Shown here piece after piece: positions 30,117 to 39,390 of a stretch of DNA of 64,000 nucleotides. The stretch spans positions 1,888,001 through 1,952,000 of the forward strand of contig OY760183.1 of assembly GCA_963663275.1 (NCBI GenBank), written 5' to 3'. The notes under the pieces were generated by a model. It was given only the letters and a program-made list of their open reading frames with translations, searched no databases and had not been told where the DNA came from. Numbering within the stretch: the stretch's first letter is position 1; each line of letters starts with the position of its first letter. The DNA is from Chloroflexota bacterium (GTDB lineage: Bacteria; Chloroflexota; UBA11872; VXOZ01). The position numbers and the translations under genes are program-made.

Positions 30117-31457
30117 TTGGCAAAGAAAACCGACACTATGGAAGAGATCGTCAGTCTGTGCAAGCGGCGGGGGTTCGTCTATCCCTCCAGCGAAATCTAC
30201 GGCGGTTTCGAGAGCTTCTGGGACTACGGGCCGCTGGGCATTGCCTTGAAGCGCAACGTGCGCGAGGCCTGGTGGCACAATACCGTGCGCACGCGCCAGA
30301 ACGTGGTGGGCGTGGAGACCGGCGTGGTAATGAATCCCAGCGTGTGGCAGACCACCGGCCACGCTTCCCACTTTGCCGATACGCTGGTGGAGTGCACGAG
30401 TTGCCATCAACGCTTCCGCGTGGACCATCTTGAAGGAGAATCGTGCCCCAATTGCGGGGGCGAATTCACGGAGCCGCGCCGCTTCCTTACCATGTTCAAG
30501 ACGCACGTCGGCCCGGTGGAGGATGATTCCGCCGCGGCCTACCTGCGTCCCGAAACCGCCCAGGGCATGTTCGTGAACTTCAAGAACGTGCTCAATTCGG
30601 CGCGGCTGCGGCTGCCCTTTGGCATTGCGCAGATCGGCAAGTCGTACCGCAATGAGATTACTACCGGAAACTTCATCTTCCGCCAGCGCGAGTTCGAACA
30701 GATGGAACTGGAGTTCTTCTGCGAGCCGGGCACGGACGACGAATGGCACGCCTACTGGCTGGAGGCGCGGCGCCGATGGTACATTGCTTACGGGGTGAAG
30801 GAGGAAAATCTGCGTTTGCGCCAGCACGGGGACGACGAACTGGCGTTCTATGCCAAGTACTGCTGGGACATCGAGTACCGGTTTCCCTTCGGCTGGGGCG
30901 AGTTGGAAGGGATTTCGAACCGCACCGACTACGACCTGCGCAACCACAGCGAGGCTACCGGCGAGGACCTCACGTTCTACGACGAGCAGCGGAGAGAACA
31001 CGTCTCGCCCTACGTGATCGAGCCCGCGGCCGGGGCCGACCGGGCGCTACTGACGTTCCTGCTCGACGCCTACGATACGGACGTTGACGCCAAGGGGGAT
31101 TCACGGGTCGTGCTGCGCTTCCATCCGTTTCTCGCCCCCATCAAGGCGGCGGTCTTGCCGCTGGTGAAGAAGGGCGGGCTGCCGGACATCGCCAGGGAGA
31201 TCGTGGCGGAACTGCAATTGCACTGGGATGTATTCTACGACGAAAGCGGCAGCATCGGCCGCCGCTACCGGCGGCAGGACGAGGTCGGCACGCCCTTCGG
31301 CATTACGGTGGACTTTGAAACCAAAGACGACAGCACGGTGACCGTGCGCCACCGGGACAGCATGGAACAGGAGCGCGTGCCGATTGAGGGACTCGTAGCC
31401 TTCATGGCAGAGCGCATCCGCCCGGAGCCGAATCCTGAGGGCGATGTTGTTAGTTAG
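30117..31457 (+). CDS. glyQS: Glycine--tRNA ligase, alpha2 (GlyQS) type
   Basis: CKRRGFVYPSSEIYGG, YLRPETAQG, FRQREFEQMELEFF, SIGRRYRRQDEVGTP; TTG start after AAGGGA. Confidence 0.93.
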   Translation: MAKKTDTMEEIVSLCKRRGFVYPSSEIYGGFESFWDYGPLGIALKRNVREAWWHNTVRTRQNVVGVETGVVMNPSVWQTTGHASHFADTLVECTSCHQRFRVDHLEGESCPNCGGEFTEPRRFLTMFKTHVGPVEDDSAAAYLRPETAQGMFVNFKNVLNSARLRLPFGIAQIGKSYRNEITTGNFIFRQREFEQMELEFFCEPGTDDEWHAYWLEARRRWYIAYGVKEENLRLRQHGDDELAFYAKYCWDIEYRFPFGWGELEGISNRTDYDLRNHSEATGEDLTFYDEQRREHVSPYVIEPAAGADRALLTFLLDAYDTDVDAKGDSRVVLRFHPFLAPIKAAVLPLVKKGGLPDIAREIVAELQLHWDVFYDESGSIGRRYRRQDEVGTPFGITVDFETKDDSTVTVRHRDSMEQERVPIEGLVAFMAERIRPEPNPEGDVVS

Positions 31458-31661
31458 CTAATTGACGACATAGCGGAAGGGCTCGCCAGAGCCGCCTCTG
31501 CCTTGACGTCTTACACGCTTTTCTTTGATCAATGACCTGAGTACCTGATTGACTCGCTGTTGGTACCCGTTCTGACCAAAAAGCGTTTCAGCCAACTCCC
31601 GCTCAGTTCTTCCGGGGTGGTTCCTAATTAGCACCAGGAGCCTGTCAGCAATCGTCTCCAT
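31458..31661 (-). CDS. Small winged-helix/HTH-like hypothetical protein
   Basis: 67 aa, PGRTERELAETLFG...QQRVNQVLRSL; less GC-rich; starts 14 nt after the phosphatase-like gene. Confidence 0.55.
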   Translation of the reverse strand: METIADRLLVLIRNHPGRTERELAETLFGQNGYQQRVNQVLRSLIKEKRVRRQGRGGSGEPFRYVVN

Positions 31662-31675
31662 GTAAGGGGCTCACC

Positions 31676-32137
31676 TTAGGCCTTCAGACTCTCCGCGTAC
31701 TCGGCGATGAACGCATCAACCTCACCGCCCTTCAAGTCTCCGGGACGGAAGTCGCGCAGCGCCTGCACCGCGTCCGCCGGCGCGTAGCCTGCGTACTTCA
31801 CCAAGTACCCTGCCAGGACCGTACCGGCCCCGCCGTAACCGGAGCCTCAGTGAATGAGGGCTTTGTCGTCGCGCAGGGCCGCCGCGTGCAGGGACTCGAC
31901 GGCGGCGTCCAGCGTTGCCAGGTCGCTGCTCGCGCCGCTGAACTGCTCGACCGTCATGCCGAGGCGTTCGATGGTGGCCGTATCGGGTTCGTTGCGGGTG
32001 GCGGCAACGACGTGCTTGATGCCCTGCGCCGCCACTGCGCACAATTCCTCTTCGGTCTCAGGGAAGGCGGAAGCGGCGATCTTGCCTTCCTCGAACCACT
32101 TGAATACGGCGGGCAGAGACTGCTCCTGCGCAGACAT
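31676..32137 (-). CDS. DUSP23-like protein-tyrosine-phosphatase-fold protein with in-frame TGA at the catalytic Cys position (candidate selenoprotein, 153 aa)
   Basis: The track ORF stops at ...KALIH-TGA (31847-31849). The same frame continues GSGYGGAGTVLAGYLVKYAGYAPADAVQALRDFRPGDL...ESLKA-TAA, matching the DUSP C-terminal half. AAAGGAAG RBS. Confidence 0.75.
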
Positions 32138-32197
32138 GGGCTTCTTCCTTTCGTAACGGAGTACTGTCTATGGCACTTTGGGCGTAGGAGTGTGAGC

Positions 32198-32815
32198 CTA
32201 CTGGAAGTACAGCCTGAGTATCGCAATGATCAAACTCAGCGTCGCCAAGACGACGACTCCGGCAAGACTTCCCGTCATAATCCAGAGTTGCTTGAAGATG
32301 CTTGCCTTGAACTCGGCGATTTCCAGCTTCAATGCGGCCAGGTGAGCCGTCATCTTCTTGTCCAGGTCGTTCATCTGACGAGTCTGTCTGGCGTCCAAGT
32401 CCCTCACCTGACCCGTCAGCCTGGCGTCCAAGTCCCTCACCTGACCCGTCAGCCTGGCGTCCAAGTCGTTCATTTGGCCCGTGAATTCGCTCCTCAGTTC
32501 GGCCATCTGACCGGTGAGTCTACCATCCAGTTCGGCCATTTGGCCGGTGAGTTTGTTGTCCAAGTCGGCCATCTGACCGGTGAGTCTGTTGTCCAGGTCG
32601 GCCATTTGACCGGTGAGTCTGTTGTCCAGGTCGGCCATTTGACCGTTGAGTTCACTCTTGTGTGCGCTGAGTTCGCGCCTGAGGTCATCCTTGGTAACCA
32701 GGTTGATGGTGATTTCATCCAGCACGGCGACCAAGGCCTCGGCTTGGGGCTCAGTGATTTCCGCGGACGTCAGCGTCTTTACCGCCTTGTGGGTGTCAAA
32801 CGTCGTTGCAGCCAT
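32198..32815 (-). CDS. DUF1640/CCDC90-like coiled-coil protein with 11-aa tandem repeats and C-terminal TM anchor
   Basis: FDTHKAVKTL...EPQAEAL, LVTKDDL, about 9 copies of (L/F)TGQ(M/V)xDLDxR (33-bp DNA repeat), hydrophobic C-terminus; GGGGGAG RBS. Confidence 0.75.
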   Translation of the reverse strand: MAATTFDTHKAVKTLTSAEITEPQAEALVAVLDEITINLVTKDDLRRELSAHKSELNGQMADLDNRLTGQMADLDNRLTGQMADLDNKLTGQMAELDGRLTGQMAELRSEFTGQMNDLDARLTGQVRDLDARLTGQVRDLDARQTRQMNDLDKKMTAHLAALKLEIAEFKASIFKQLWIMTGSLAGVVVLATLSLIIAILRLYFQ

Positions 32816-33037
32816 TGCGTATGCTCCCCCGTGCCCAAGTCTCGTCATGCCGTGCTGGCCGCTGCTGAACCGGCGGCGCGTCGAGCGCCGTCATGCGTCT
32901 CGTCAACAATACCAAGAAAACAGGCGGCAAGCAAAGAGCGAACGGCGCGATCGCCGGCTTCTCAAGCCCCCGTGCGCAACTCCCATGCCACGTGCCGCTG
33001 TCCGTCCTGGCGTAGGCAGTGCGCTTTCTGGCGCCGG

Positions 33038-36000
33038 TCAGAAGGCAAGTGCCACGCCAATGGCGGCGCTGACGCCGTTGAGGTCAACGATCTCCCGTTG
33101 GGCCTCGTCCGGCGCGTCGGTCGGCTCCACCCGCAGGGATAGCGTCTCCTGGGCGACCGCGGCGCTGTGCGCGCGCAGCATCTCCGCGAGGGCGGCGCGC
33201 CCTTCCTCGCCGTCGGCAGCCGCGACGTAAGTCACGATGCGGTCGGAGAGGTCGAAGTCAGCCGCGCGGCGCAGGTTTTGAACGTGGTGTATCAGTTCAC
33301 GCGCCATGCCCTCCAGTTCGAGCGACGGGCTGACTTCCGTATGGAGCGCCACCAGATAACCTTCCTCAGTCGCCACGCTATAGTCGGCGCGCTCTCGCGC
33401 CTGCACGTCCACTTCTTCAGGCAGCAACGCGATTGATTGTCCGTCAACTTCAACCGAGATTGGCTCTCCCCGGGCAACCTGGCGGGCGCCAACCTGGGCG
33501 TCGGCCTGCCGGAGCGCCGCCGCGATGGCTTTGACCTGCCGGCCGTACTTGGGGCCGAGCAAGTTGAAGCGGGGCTTGAGTTCGTACGTCACCAACTCCT
33601 CTTCCGGCCCCACGAAACGCAGCGACTTGACGTTGAGTTCGCTGAGAATGTGCTCCTGCAGGCGCTCCAGGCCCGCCTGCTCGGCGGCGGTCTTGACGTG
33701 GGCCAGCATCTCCGGCAGCGGTTGGCGCACTTTAATCTTGCTGGAACTGCGCGCGGCGCGGCCCAAGCTCACGACCCGCTGCGCCAGTTCCATGTCGGCG
33801 AGCAAGTCTTCATCGATGAGCGCCGCCTTGTAGCGCGGCCATTCCGTGTGATGGACGCTCTCTGGCGCGCCGCCATCTACCGCGCGCACCAGGTTCTGGT
33901 AGACCTCTTCGCTGAGGAAGGGCATGATGGGCGCGAGCAGGCGCGTGAGCGTGGTAAGCGCCTCGTAGAGCGTGACGTAGGCGGAAAGGGTGTCCCGGTC
34001 CTGGCCGGACTTCCAGTAGCGGCGGCGGCCCCGGCGCACGTACCACGTGGACAACTGCTCGATGAAGTCGTTGACCCGCCGCGAGACGGTATAGGCGTCG
34101 AACTGGTCCAAGTCGTCGGTCACGTCCCGCACCAGCTTGTGGAGCAGCGCGATGATCCAGCGGTCGAGCAGCGACCGCACCTCCAGCGGCACGGAAACCT
34201 TCGTTGGGTCGAAATCCTCTAACCGGGCGTAGGTGACGAAGAAGTTGTAGACGTTCCAGAAGACCAGCAACCGGCGCTTGACGTCGTTGGCAACGCCGTA
34301 GCCGAAGTTCAGGTTTTGCTGGGTATTGCTCTCGCAGTAGAGCCAGCGCATCACGTCCGCGCCCATTTGCTCCACGGCGTCGTCGAACCAGATGGCGTTG
34401 CCGTGGCTCTTGTGCATTGGTCTGCCCCGCTCATCGTTGACCTTCTCGTAGATGAGCACGCTGCGGTAGGGGCGCACGTCCTCCAGGGTGACGCTCATGA
34501 AGGCCAAGGCATAGAACCAGAGACGAATCTGTTCGCGCATCTCGCTCACCCAGTCGGCCGGGTACCACTTGCCCCACTCGGCGCTGCCTTCCAGGTAGCC
34601 AAGCGTGGAGAACGGCACGATGCCGGCGTCCAGCCAGCAATCGCCGACCTCAGGGATGCGCGCAGTCTCGCTGTCGCACTGCTCGCAGCGGATCGTCACC
34701 TCATCGATCCACGGGCGGTGAAGTTCCGGCAGCGCGCGCACCTTGGCGGCGTCCACGGCCCGCTCTTCGAGTTCCTTTACCGTGCCGACGATGGTGACGT
34801 GATCGCAGTCCTCGCAGTGGTAGAACGGCAGCGGCAAGCCCCAGAAGCGCTTGCGCGAGATGCACCAGTCGCCCATGTTGTGCAGCCAGTCGTCCATCCG
34901 CTTGCGGCCGTACTCGGGCGCCCAGGCGACCGTTTGGTTCTCCGCCAGCATCCGCTCGCGAATCTCCTCGGCGGAGATGAACCACTCGTCCACCAGGCGG
35001 AAGGCCACCTCTTCGCCGCAGCGCCAGCAGACGGGGTAGCGGTGGGTGTAGTCCTCGATGCGGTAGACGATGCCCGCTTCCTCGAGTGCGGCGAAGATCA
35101 TCTCGTTCGTTTCAGTGATGTTTCGTCCCGTAAGCGCATTGAAACCATCGACGTAGTTGCCGTCGCCGTCGATGGGCACGATGACGTGAAGCCCGTGTTC
35201 CTGCGAGAGTTCGTAGTCTTCCGCGCCGCACCCCGGCGCGATGTGCACGATGCCGGTGCCCTCTTCCTCGCCCACGTTCTCCCAGGCGACCACTTTCGTC
35301 GGGAAGCCTTGCTGCGCCGGCAGTTCGTGCCAGGGCCCCACGTACGCCAAATCGACAAGCTCAGCGCCTGGAAACTCGCGCACGGCCTCGAGCGTGCCGC
35401 GCCCAACGCTCTCCAAAGTGCCTTTCGAGAGGTAGTAGGTGTCGCCGTTCGCTTTGGCGGCTACGTAGGTCAGATCGGGATGCACCGCCAGCGCGGTGTT
35501 GGCGGCGAGCGTCCACGGCGTTGTGGTCCAGACCAGGAAGTACTCATTGTCACGGCCCTCGACCGGCAGCCGCAGCGTGATGCCGGGATGGGTGACTTCG
35601 CGGTAGGTGTCGGTGCCGACCAACTCGTGCTGCGAGAGGCTGGTGCCGCAGCGAATGCACCAGGGCATCGAGCGCCAGCCCTTGTACAACCAGCCCTTCT
35701 CATGGCAGCGTTGCAGGAAGTGCCAAATGTGCTCGATATTGGTATCGTCCATGGTGTAGTACGAGTTGTCCCAATCCATCCACTGGCCGAGCCGGATGGA
35801 CTGGTTCGTCTGCACCGTGGAAAAGTGCTCGACGCGCTGGCGGCAGGCGCGGGAGAAGTTGTCCAGGCCGAATTCCTCGATTTCGTGCTTGGAGTCGAAA
35901 CCGAGTTCGCGCTCCACCTCGACTTCCAGCCAGAGGCCCTGGCAGTCGAAGCCGTTTTGGTAACGTTGCGCAAAGCCTTGCATGGCCTTGAAGCGCTGGT

Positions 36001-36208
36001 AAACGTCTTTGTAGGTGCGCCCCCAGGCGTGATGGACGCCCATGGGATTATTGGCGGTGATGGGGCCGTCGATGAAAGACCAGCGCGGGTTGCCGCGGTT
36101 CTTCTCTACGAGTTTGTTGAAGGCATCGGTATCCTCCCAGAATTGCAGGATCCGATGCTCCATACTGGGAAAGTCGAGGTTACTGCTGACTTCCTTGAAC
36201 CCGGCCAC
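33038..36208 (-). CDS. ileS: Isoleucine--tRNA ligase, type 2
   Basis: DGPITANNPMGVHH, GFDCQGL, WTTTPWTL, DWCISRKRFWG, PMHKS; GTG start with AGGAGG RBS. Confidence 0.93.
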   Translation of the reverse strand: MAGFKEVSSNLDFPSMEHRILQFWEDTDAFNKLVEKNRGNPRWSFIDGPITANNPMGVHHAWGRTYKDVYQRFKAMQGFAQRYQNGFDCQGLWLEVEVERELGFDSKHEIEEFGLDNFSRACRQRVEHFSTVQTNQSIRLGQWMDWDNSYYTMDDTNIEHIWHFLQRCHEKGWLYKGWRSMPWCIRCGTSLSQHELVGTDTYREVTHPGITLRLPVEGRDNEYFLVWTTTPWTLAANTALAVHPDLTYVAAKANGDTYYLSKGTLESVGRGTLEAVREFPGAELVDLAYVGPWHELPAQQGFPTKVVAWENVGEEEGTGIVHIAPGCGAEDYELSQEHGLHVIVPIDGDGNYVDGFNALTGRNITETNEMIFAALEEAGIVYRIEDYTHRYPVCWRCGEEVAFRLVDEWFISAEEIRERMLAENQTVAWAPEYGRKRMDDWLHNMGDWCISRKRFWGLPLPFYHCEDCDHVTIVGTVKELEERAVDAAKVRALPELHRPWIDEVTIRCEQCDSETARIPEVGDCWLDAGIVPFSTLGYLEGSAEWGKWYPADWVSEMREQIRLWFYALAFMSVTLEDVRPYRSVLIYEKVNDERGRPMHKSHGNAIWFDDAVEQMGADVMRWLYCESNTQQNLNFGYGVANDVKRRLLVFWNVYNFFVTYARLEDFDPTKVSVPLEVRSLLDRWIIALLHKLVRDVTDDLDQFDAYTVSRRVNDFIEQLSTWYVRRGRRRYWKSGQDRDTLSAYVTLYEALTTLTRLLAPIMPFLSEEVYQNLVRAVDGGAPESVHHTEWPRYKAALIDEDLLADMELAQRVVSLGRAARSSSKIKVRQPLPEMLAHVKTAAEQAGLERLQEHILSELNVKSLRFVGPEEELVTYELKPRFNLLGPKYGRQVKAIAAALRQADAQVGARQVARGEPISVEVDGQSIALLPEEVDVQARERADYSVATEEGYLVALHTEVSPSLELEGMARELIHHVQNLRRAADFDLSDRIVTYVAAADGEEGRAALAEMLRAHSAAVAQETLSLRVEPTDAPDEAQREIVDLNGVSAAIGVALAF

Positions 36209-36442
36209 CAGGCGCCTCCTCAGATGCCGTAAATCTACGGGGACGTGACTATGAATATCGTTAGTGTTGTTTGAGGCACGCCACGCATGGGCAAACGCGA
36301 AACAAACGGGATTCGCTTCGCTCCAGACCGAGCGACTCGCGATAGCGCCGAAGCGGAAAGGTCGCTCGCCGGTGATTGCGCCGCGCCGATGCACGGCAAT
36401 CGGACTGAGCGGCCAAGCGCGCGTGCTGCTCCTACGCGTGGC

Positions 36443-36472
36443 ATTCTGTCACGGATTCGCGCCGCGCGTCAA
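36443..36472 (-). promoter_or_regulatory. Candidate sigma70 promoter for ileS
   Basis: Minus strand TTGACG-18 nt-CAGAAT with upstream TG. Confidence 0.45.
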
Positions 36473-36557
36473 GGCGGAGCGGGTGTTGCCACCGGGCCTT
36501 GCCCACGGCGCTGGTACGACATGTAAGGACTGAGGCGCATCGAGGACAAGACGAAAC

Positions 36558-36724
36558 GTAGCGCGGGGGCTTGTCCCCCGCATGGGTGGGGGTGGGCGCG
36601 AAAGTGCCATGATGTAGGGCCGGTTTGCAAGAGTGCGATTATGTAGGGCCGGTTCGCGAAAGTGCGAAGATGTTGGGGCGATTCGCGAGAGTGCGGTGAT
36701 GTAGGGGCGGTTCGCGAACCGCCA
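36558..36724. repeat. REP followed by a 29-bp tandem array of partial GTAGGGGCGGTTCGCGAA units
   Basis: atgtagggccggtttgcaagagtgcgatt / atgtagggccggttcgcgaaagtgcgaag / atgttggggcgattcgcgagagtgcggtg / atgtaggggcggttcgcgaaccgcc. Confidence 0.85.
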
Positions 36725-36859
36725 TAACGCGTAATGGCGAACCGCCTCGCGTATGTAGAATGGGATACTATTCCGGGGTGTTTGCTCGGAGCAAGGGCAT
36801 GAAATGTCCACGCAACCTGATACGAAACGAATTCTCAACGCCAAAAGGAGCGTTCTGCA

Positions 36860-37624
36860 ATGACCGTGCCAGCGTTTGACTTGACAGACAAGGTTGCCTT
36901 GGTCACCGGCGCCAGCCGGGGCATCGGACGGGGTATCGCGAAAGCGTTCGCGGAGGCCGGAGCGGACGTGGCCGGCGTCTCGCGTTCCGCGTCTACCGAG
37001 ACCCAGTCTCAGGTGGAAGCCGCGGGACGGCGGTATCTGTCGCTGCAAGCCGACCTGGCGACGGCGACGGTTGCCGGCTTGAACGCCCTCGTGGATCAAA
37101 CGGCGGCGCACTTCGGCAGGATCGACGTCTTGGTGAACAACGCCGGCATCACCTGCCGCAAGACCGCGTTAGAACTCACTGAAGAGGATTGGAACACCGT
37201 CTTGCAGGTGAATCTCAATGCCGTCTTCTTCCTCTGCCAGGCGGCGGGCCGCTACTTCGTGCCCCAGGGACGGGGAAAGATCGTCAACGTCGCGTCGCTC
37301 ATGTCGTTTCAGGGCGGCGTGCAGATCTCGCCGTACGTGGCGAGCAAGCACGGCGTGGCCGGCATCACCCGCGCCTTGGCGACAGACTGGGCCCCGCACG
37401 GCGTCAACGTCAACGCCATCGCGCCGGGCTACATCGACACCGACATGACCGAGGCGCTGCAAGAGAATCCCGTCCGCGCTCCCGAAATCCGGCTCCGCAC
37501 GCCGGCGGGCCGTTGGGGCACGGCGCAGGACATCGGCAAGCTGGCGGTCTACCTGGCCTCGGCGGAGTCCGACTTCATGCACGGTTCGATTGTGCCCATA
37601 GACGGTGGCTGGCTGGCGCGGTAG
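36860..37624 (+). CDS. kduD: SDR oxidoreductase, KduD-like 2-dehydro-3-deoxy-D-gluconate 5-dehydrogenase
   Basis: TGASRGIG, NNAG, SLMSFQGG...YVASKHGV, VNAIAPGY, DGGWLAR. Confidence 0.8.
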   Translation: MTVPAFDLTDKVALVTGASRGIGRGIAKAFAEAGADVAGVSRSASTETQSQVEAAGRRYLSLQADLATATVAGLNALVDQTAAHFGRIDVLVNNAGITCRKTALELTEEDWNTVLQVNLNAVFFLCQAAGRYFVPQGRGKIVNVASLMSFQGGVQISPYVASKHGVAGITRALATDWAPHGVNVNAIAPGYIDTDMTEALQENPVRAPEIRLRTPAGRWGTAQDIGKLAVYLASAESDFMHGSIVPIDGGWLAR

Positions 37625-37764
37625 CGGGGGTGTTCGCCTTAGGGGCAATGCGGCTCGCGCGGGCAGGGCGTACGCTTCTTCACGCATCCGCCGCCGCTTG
37701 CTACAATGGAGAGCGGACAACGGAACGGTTACGCAAACCACAGCATCGAGAAGGGGCAAATACG

Positions 37765-39072
37765 GTGAGCGGCGGCACGGACCTGCGCTACCACCTGATT
37801 ACGTACGGGTGCCAGATGAACAAGGCCGACTCCGAGCGGCTGGGCGGTTCATTGGAGGCGCTGGGCTACGCCTGGGCGGACGAGCCGACGCAGGCCGACT
37901 TGGTCGTGGTGAACACCTGCGCCGTGCGCCAGAACGCCGAAGACCGCGCCCTGGGGCAGCTTGGCTGGCTCTCCGGTATGAAGAAGAAAAACCCCAAGCT
38001 ATCCATAGCCATGATGGGCTGCATGGTGGGTGACGACAGCCTGGAGCGGTTGCAGGCGCGCTTGCCCCAGGTGGACGTGTTCACCAAGCCGGTCGAGTAC
38101 GAACCAATTCTGGAATTCGCCCAGCAGAAGGCCGGCAACCGGGGCATGTTGGACGAAGGCTGCTTGGAAGGGTCGCCGCTGGCGCTGGGCGGGCCCTGCC
38201 GCTGGGTGCCGGTGATCTACGGCTGCAACATGCGCTGCGCGTTCTGCATCGTGCCCATCCGGCGCGGGCCGGAGCGCAGCCGTCCCATTCCCGAGGTGGT
38301 GCGCGAGTTGCGCTGGCTGGTGCGCCACGGCACGCGCGAAGTGACCCTGCTGGGGCAGACCGTAGACGACTACGGGCGCGACCTGGCAGGCCGCCCGGAC
38401 CTGGCGGACCTGCTCACGGCGTGCAGCGGCGTGCCGGGGCTGGAGCGCATCCGCTTCCTCACCTCGCATCCGCTCTTCATGTCCGACCGCATCATCGAGG
38501 CGGTGGGCAGCCTGCCGAACGTCTGCGAACACTTCAACATTGCCGTGCAGAGCGGCGACGACGCGGTGCTGCGGCGCATGAAGCGAGGCTATCCCGCCCG
38601 CCGATACGTGGACCTGGTGGCGCGCATCCGCGATTTCATTCCTCACGCCTCGATCGCGACCGACGTTATCGTCGGCTTCCCCGGCGAAACCCCGGAGCAA
38701 TTTGAGAATACGCTCGGCATGTTGGCGCGGCTTGAACTGGACGTGGTGCACACTGCCATGTACTCGCCGCGGCCCGGCACCAAGGCCGGCGAAGAGATGG
38801 CCGACGACGTGCCCCGCGACGAGAAGCACCAACGGCTGCTGGCGGTGGAAGCCTTGCAGGAGCGCATCGTGGCGGCCAAGAACGCCCGGCTGCGCGGCCG
38901 CACGCTGGACGTGCTGGTGGAAGGACGCAAGCACGGCAAATGGTGGGGCCGCGTCCGCACCGACCGGGTGACGTTCTTCACGGATCCCCGCGAGAACCTG
39001 GTGGGCGAAATCCTGCCCGTGCGCATCGACGAGACGACGGCGTATTCTCTGCGCGGCACGGCGGTGGCGTGA
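37765..39072 (+). CDS. miaB: tRNA-2-methylthio-N6-isopentenyladenosine synthase (radical SAM)
   Basis: TYGCQMN..DSE, NTCAVRQNAE, CNMRCAFC, C-terminal TRAM domain. Confidence 0.92.
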   Translation: MSGGTDLRYHLITYGCQMNKADSERLGGSLEALGYAWADEPTQADLVVVNTCAVRQNAEDRALGQLGWLSGMKKKNPKLSIAMMGCMVGDDSLERLQARLPQVDVFTKPVEYEPILEFAQQKAGNRGMLDEGCLEGSPLALGGPCRWVPVIYGCNMRCAFCIVPIRRGPERSRPIPEVVRELRWLVRHGTREVTLLGQTVDDYGRDLAGRPDLADLLTACSGVPGLERIRFLTSHPLFMSDRIIEAVGSLPNVCEHFNIAVQSGDDAVLRRMKRGYPARRYVDLVARIRDFIPHASIATDVIVGFPGETPEQFENTLGMLARLELDVVHTAMYSPRPGTKAGEEMADDVPRDEKHQRLLAVEALQERIVAAKNARLRGRTLDVLVEGRKHGKWWGRVRTDRVTFFTDPRENLVGEILPVRIDETTAYSLRGTAVA

Positions 39073-39390
39073 CCGGGTGCTCTGGTCCGCGTGCGTGCGG
39101 CGGAGGTTCGTGGGTGCTTGATGCGACGCTGAACTGCTTCCGTTCATACTTCGACAGGCTCAGCACGAACGGAAGCAGTTCAGCTACTTTGCATGCGCCA
39201 ATTGCATATTGAACGAGGAGCAATTGCATACCGAGCGGGTAGCTATTGGGTGCTTCAGTGGTACTAACCGAGCGGCAACTGAATAGCGATCGAACGGCTG
39301 CAGAGTGTCTGGACTGCGTTTAGCAATAGTGTGGCAAGCGATTGAAACGCTCTCAAACGATACAACTACAATTGAGATCGAGGTAGAGCC

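Noticed and set aside
31847-32137. 96-aa protein as called in the ORF track
   Set aside because: It would end one residue before the active-site nucleophile, and homology continues in frame past the TGA; treated as read-through (or, less likely, a pseudogene).
36478-36500. T-box riboswitch upstream of ileS (GGTGGCAACACC on minus strand)
   Set aside because: Lies upstream of the candidate ileS promoter, with no specifier stem or terminator recognisable.
39342-39357. LacI/cre-like operator TTGAAACGCTCTCAA before the Gfo/Idh/MocA gene
   Set aside because: Single imperfect palindrome with no regulator nearby and no second copy found.
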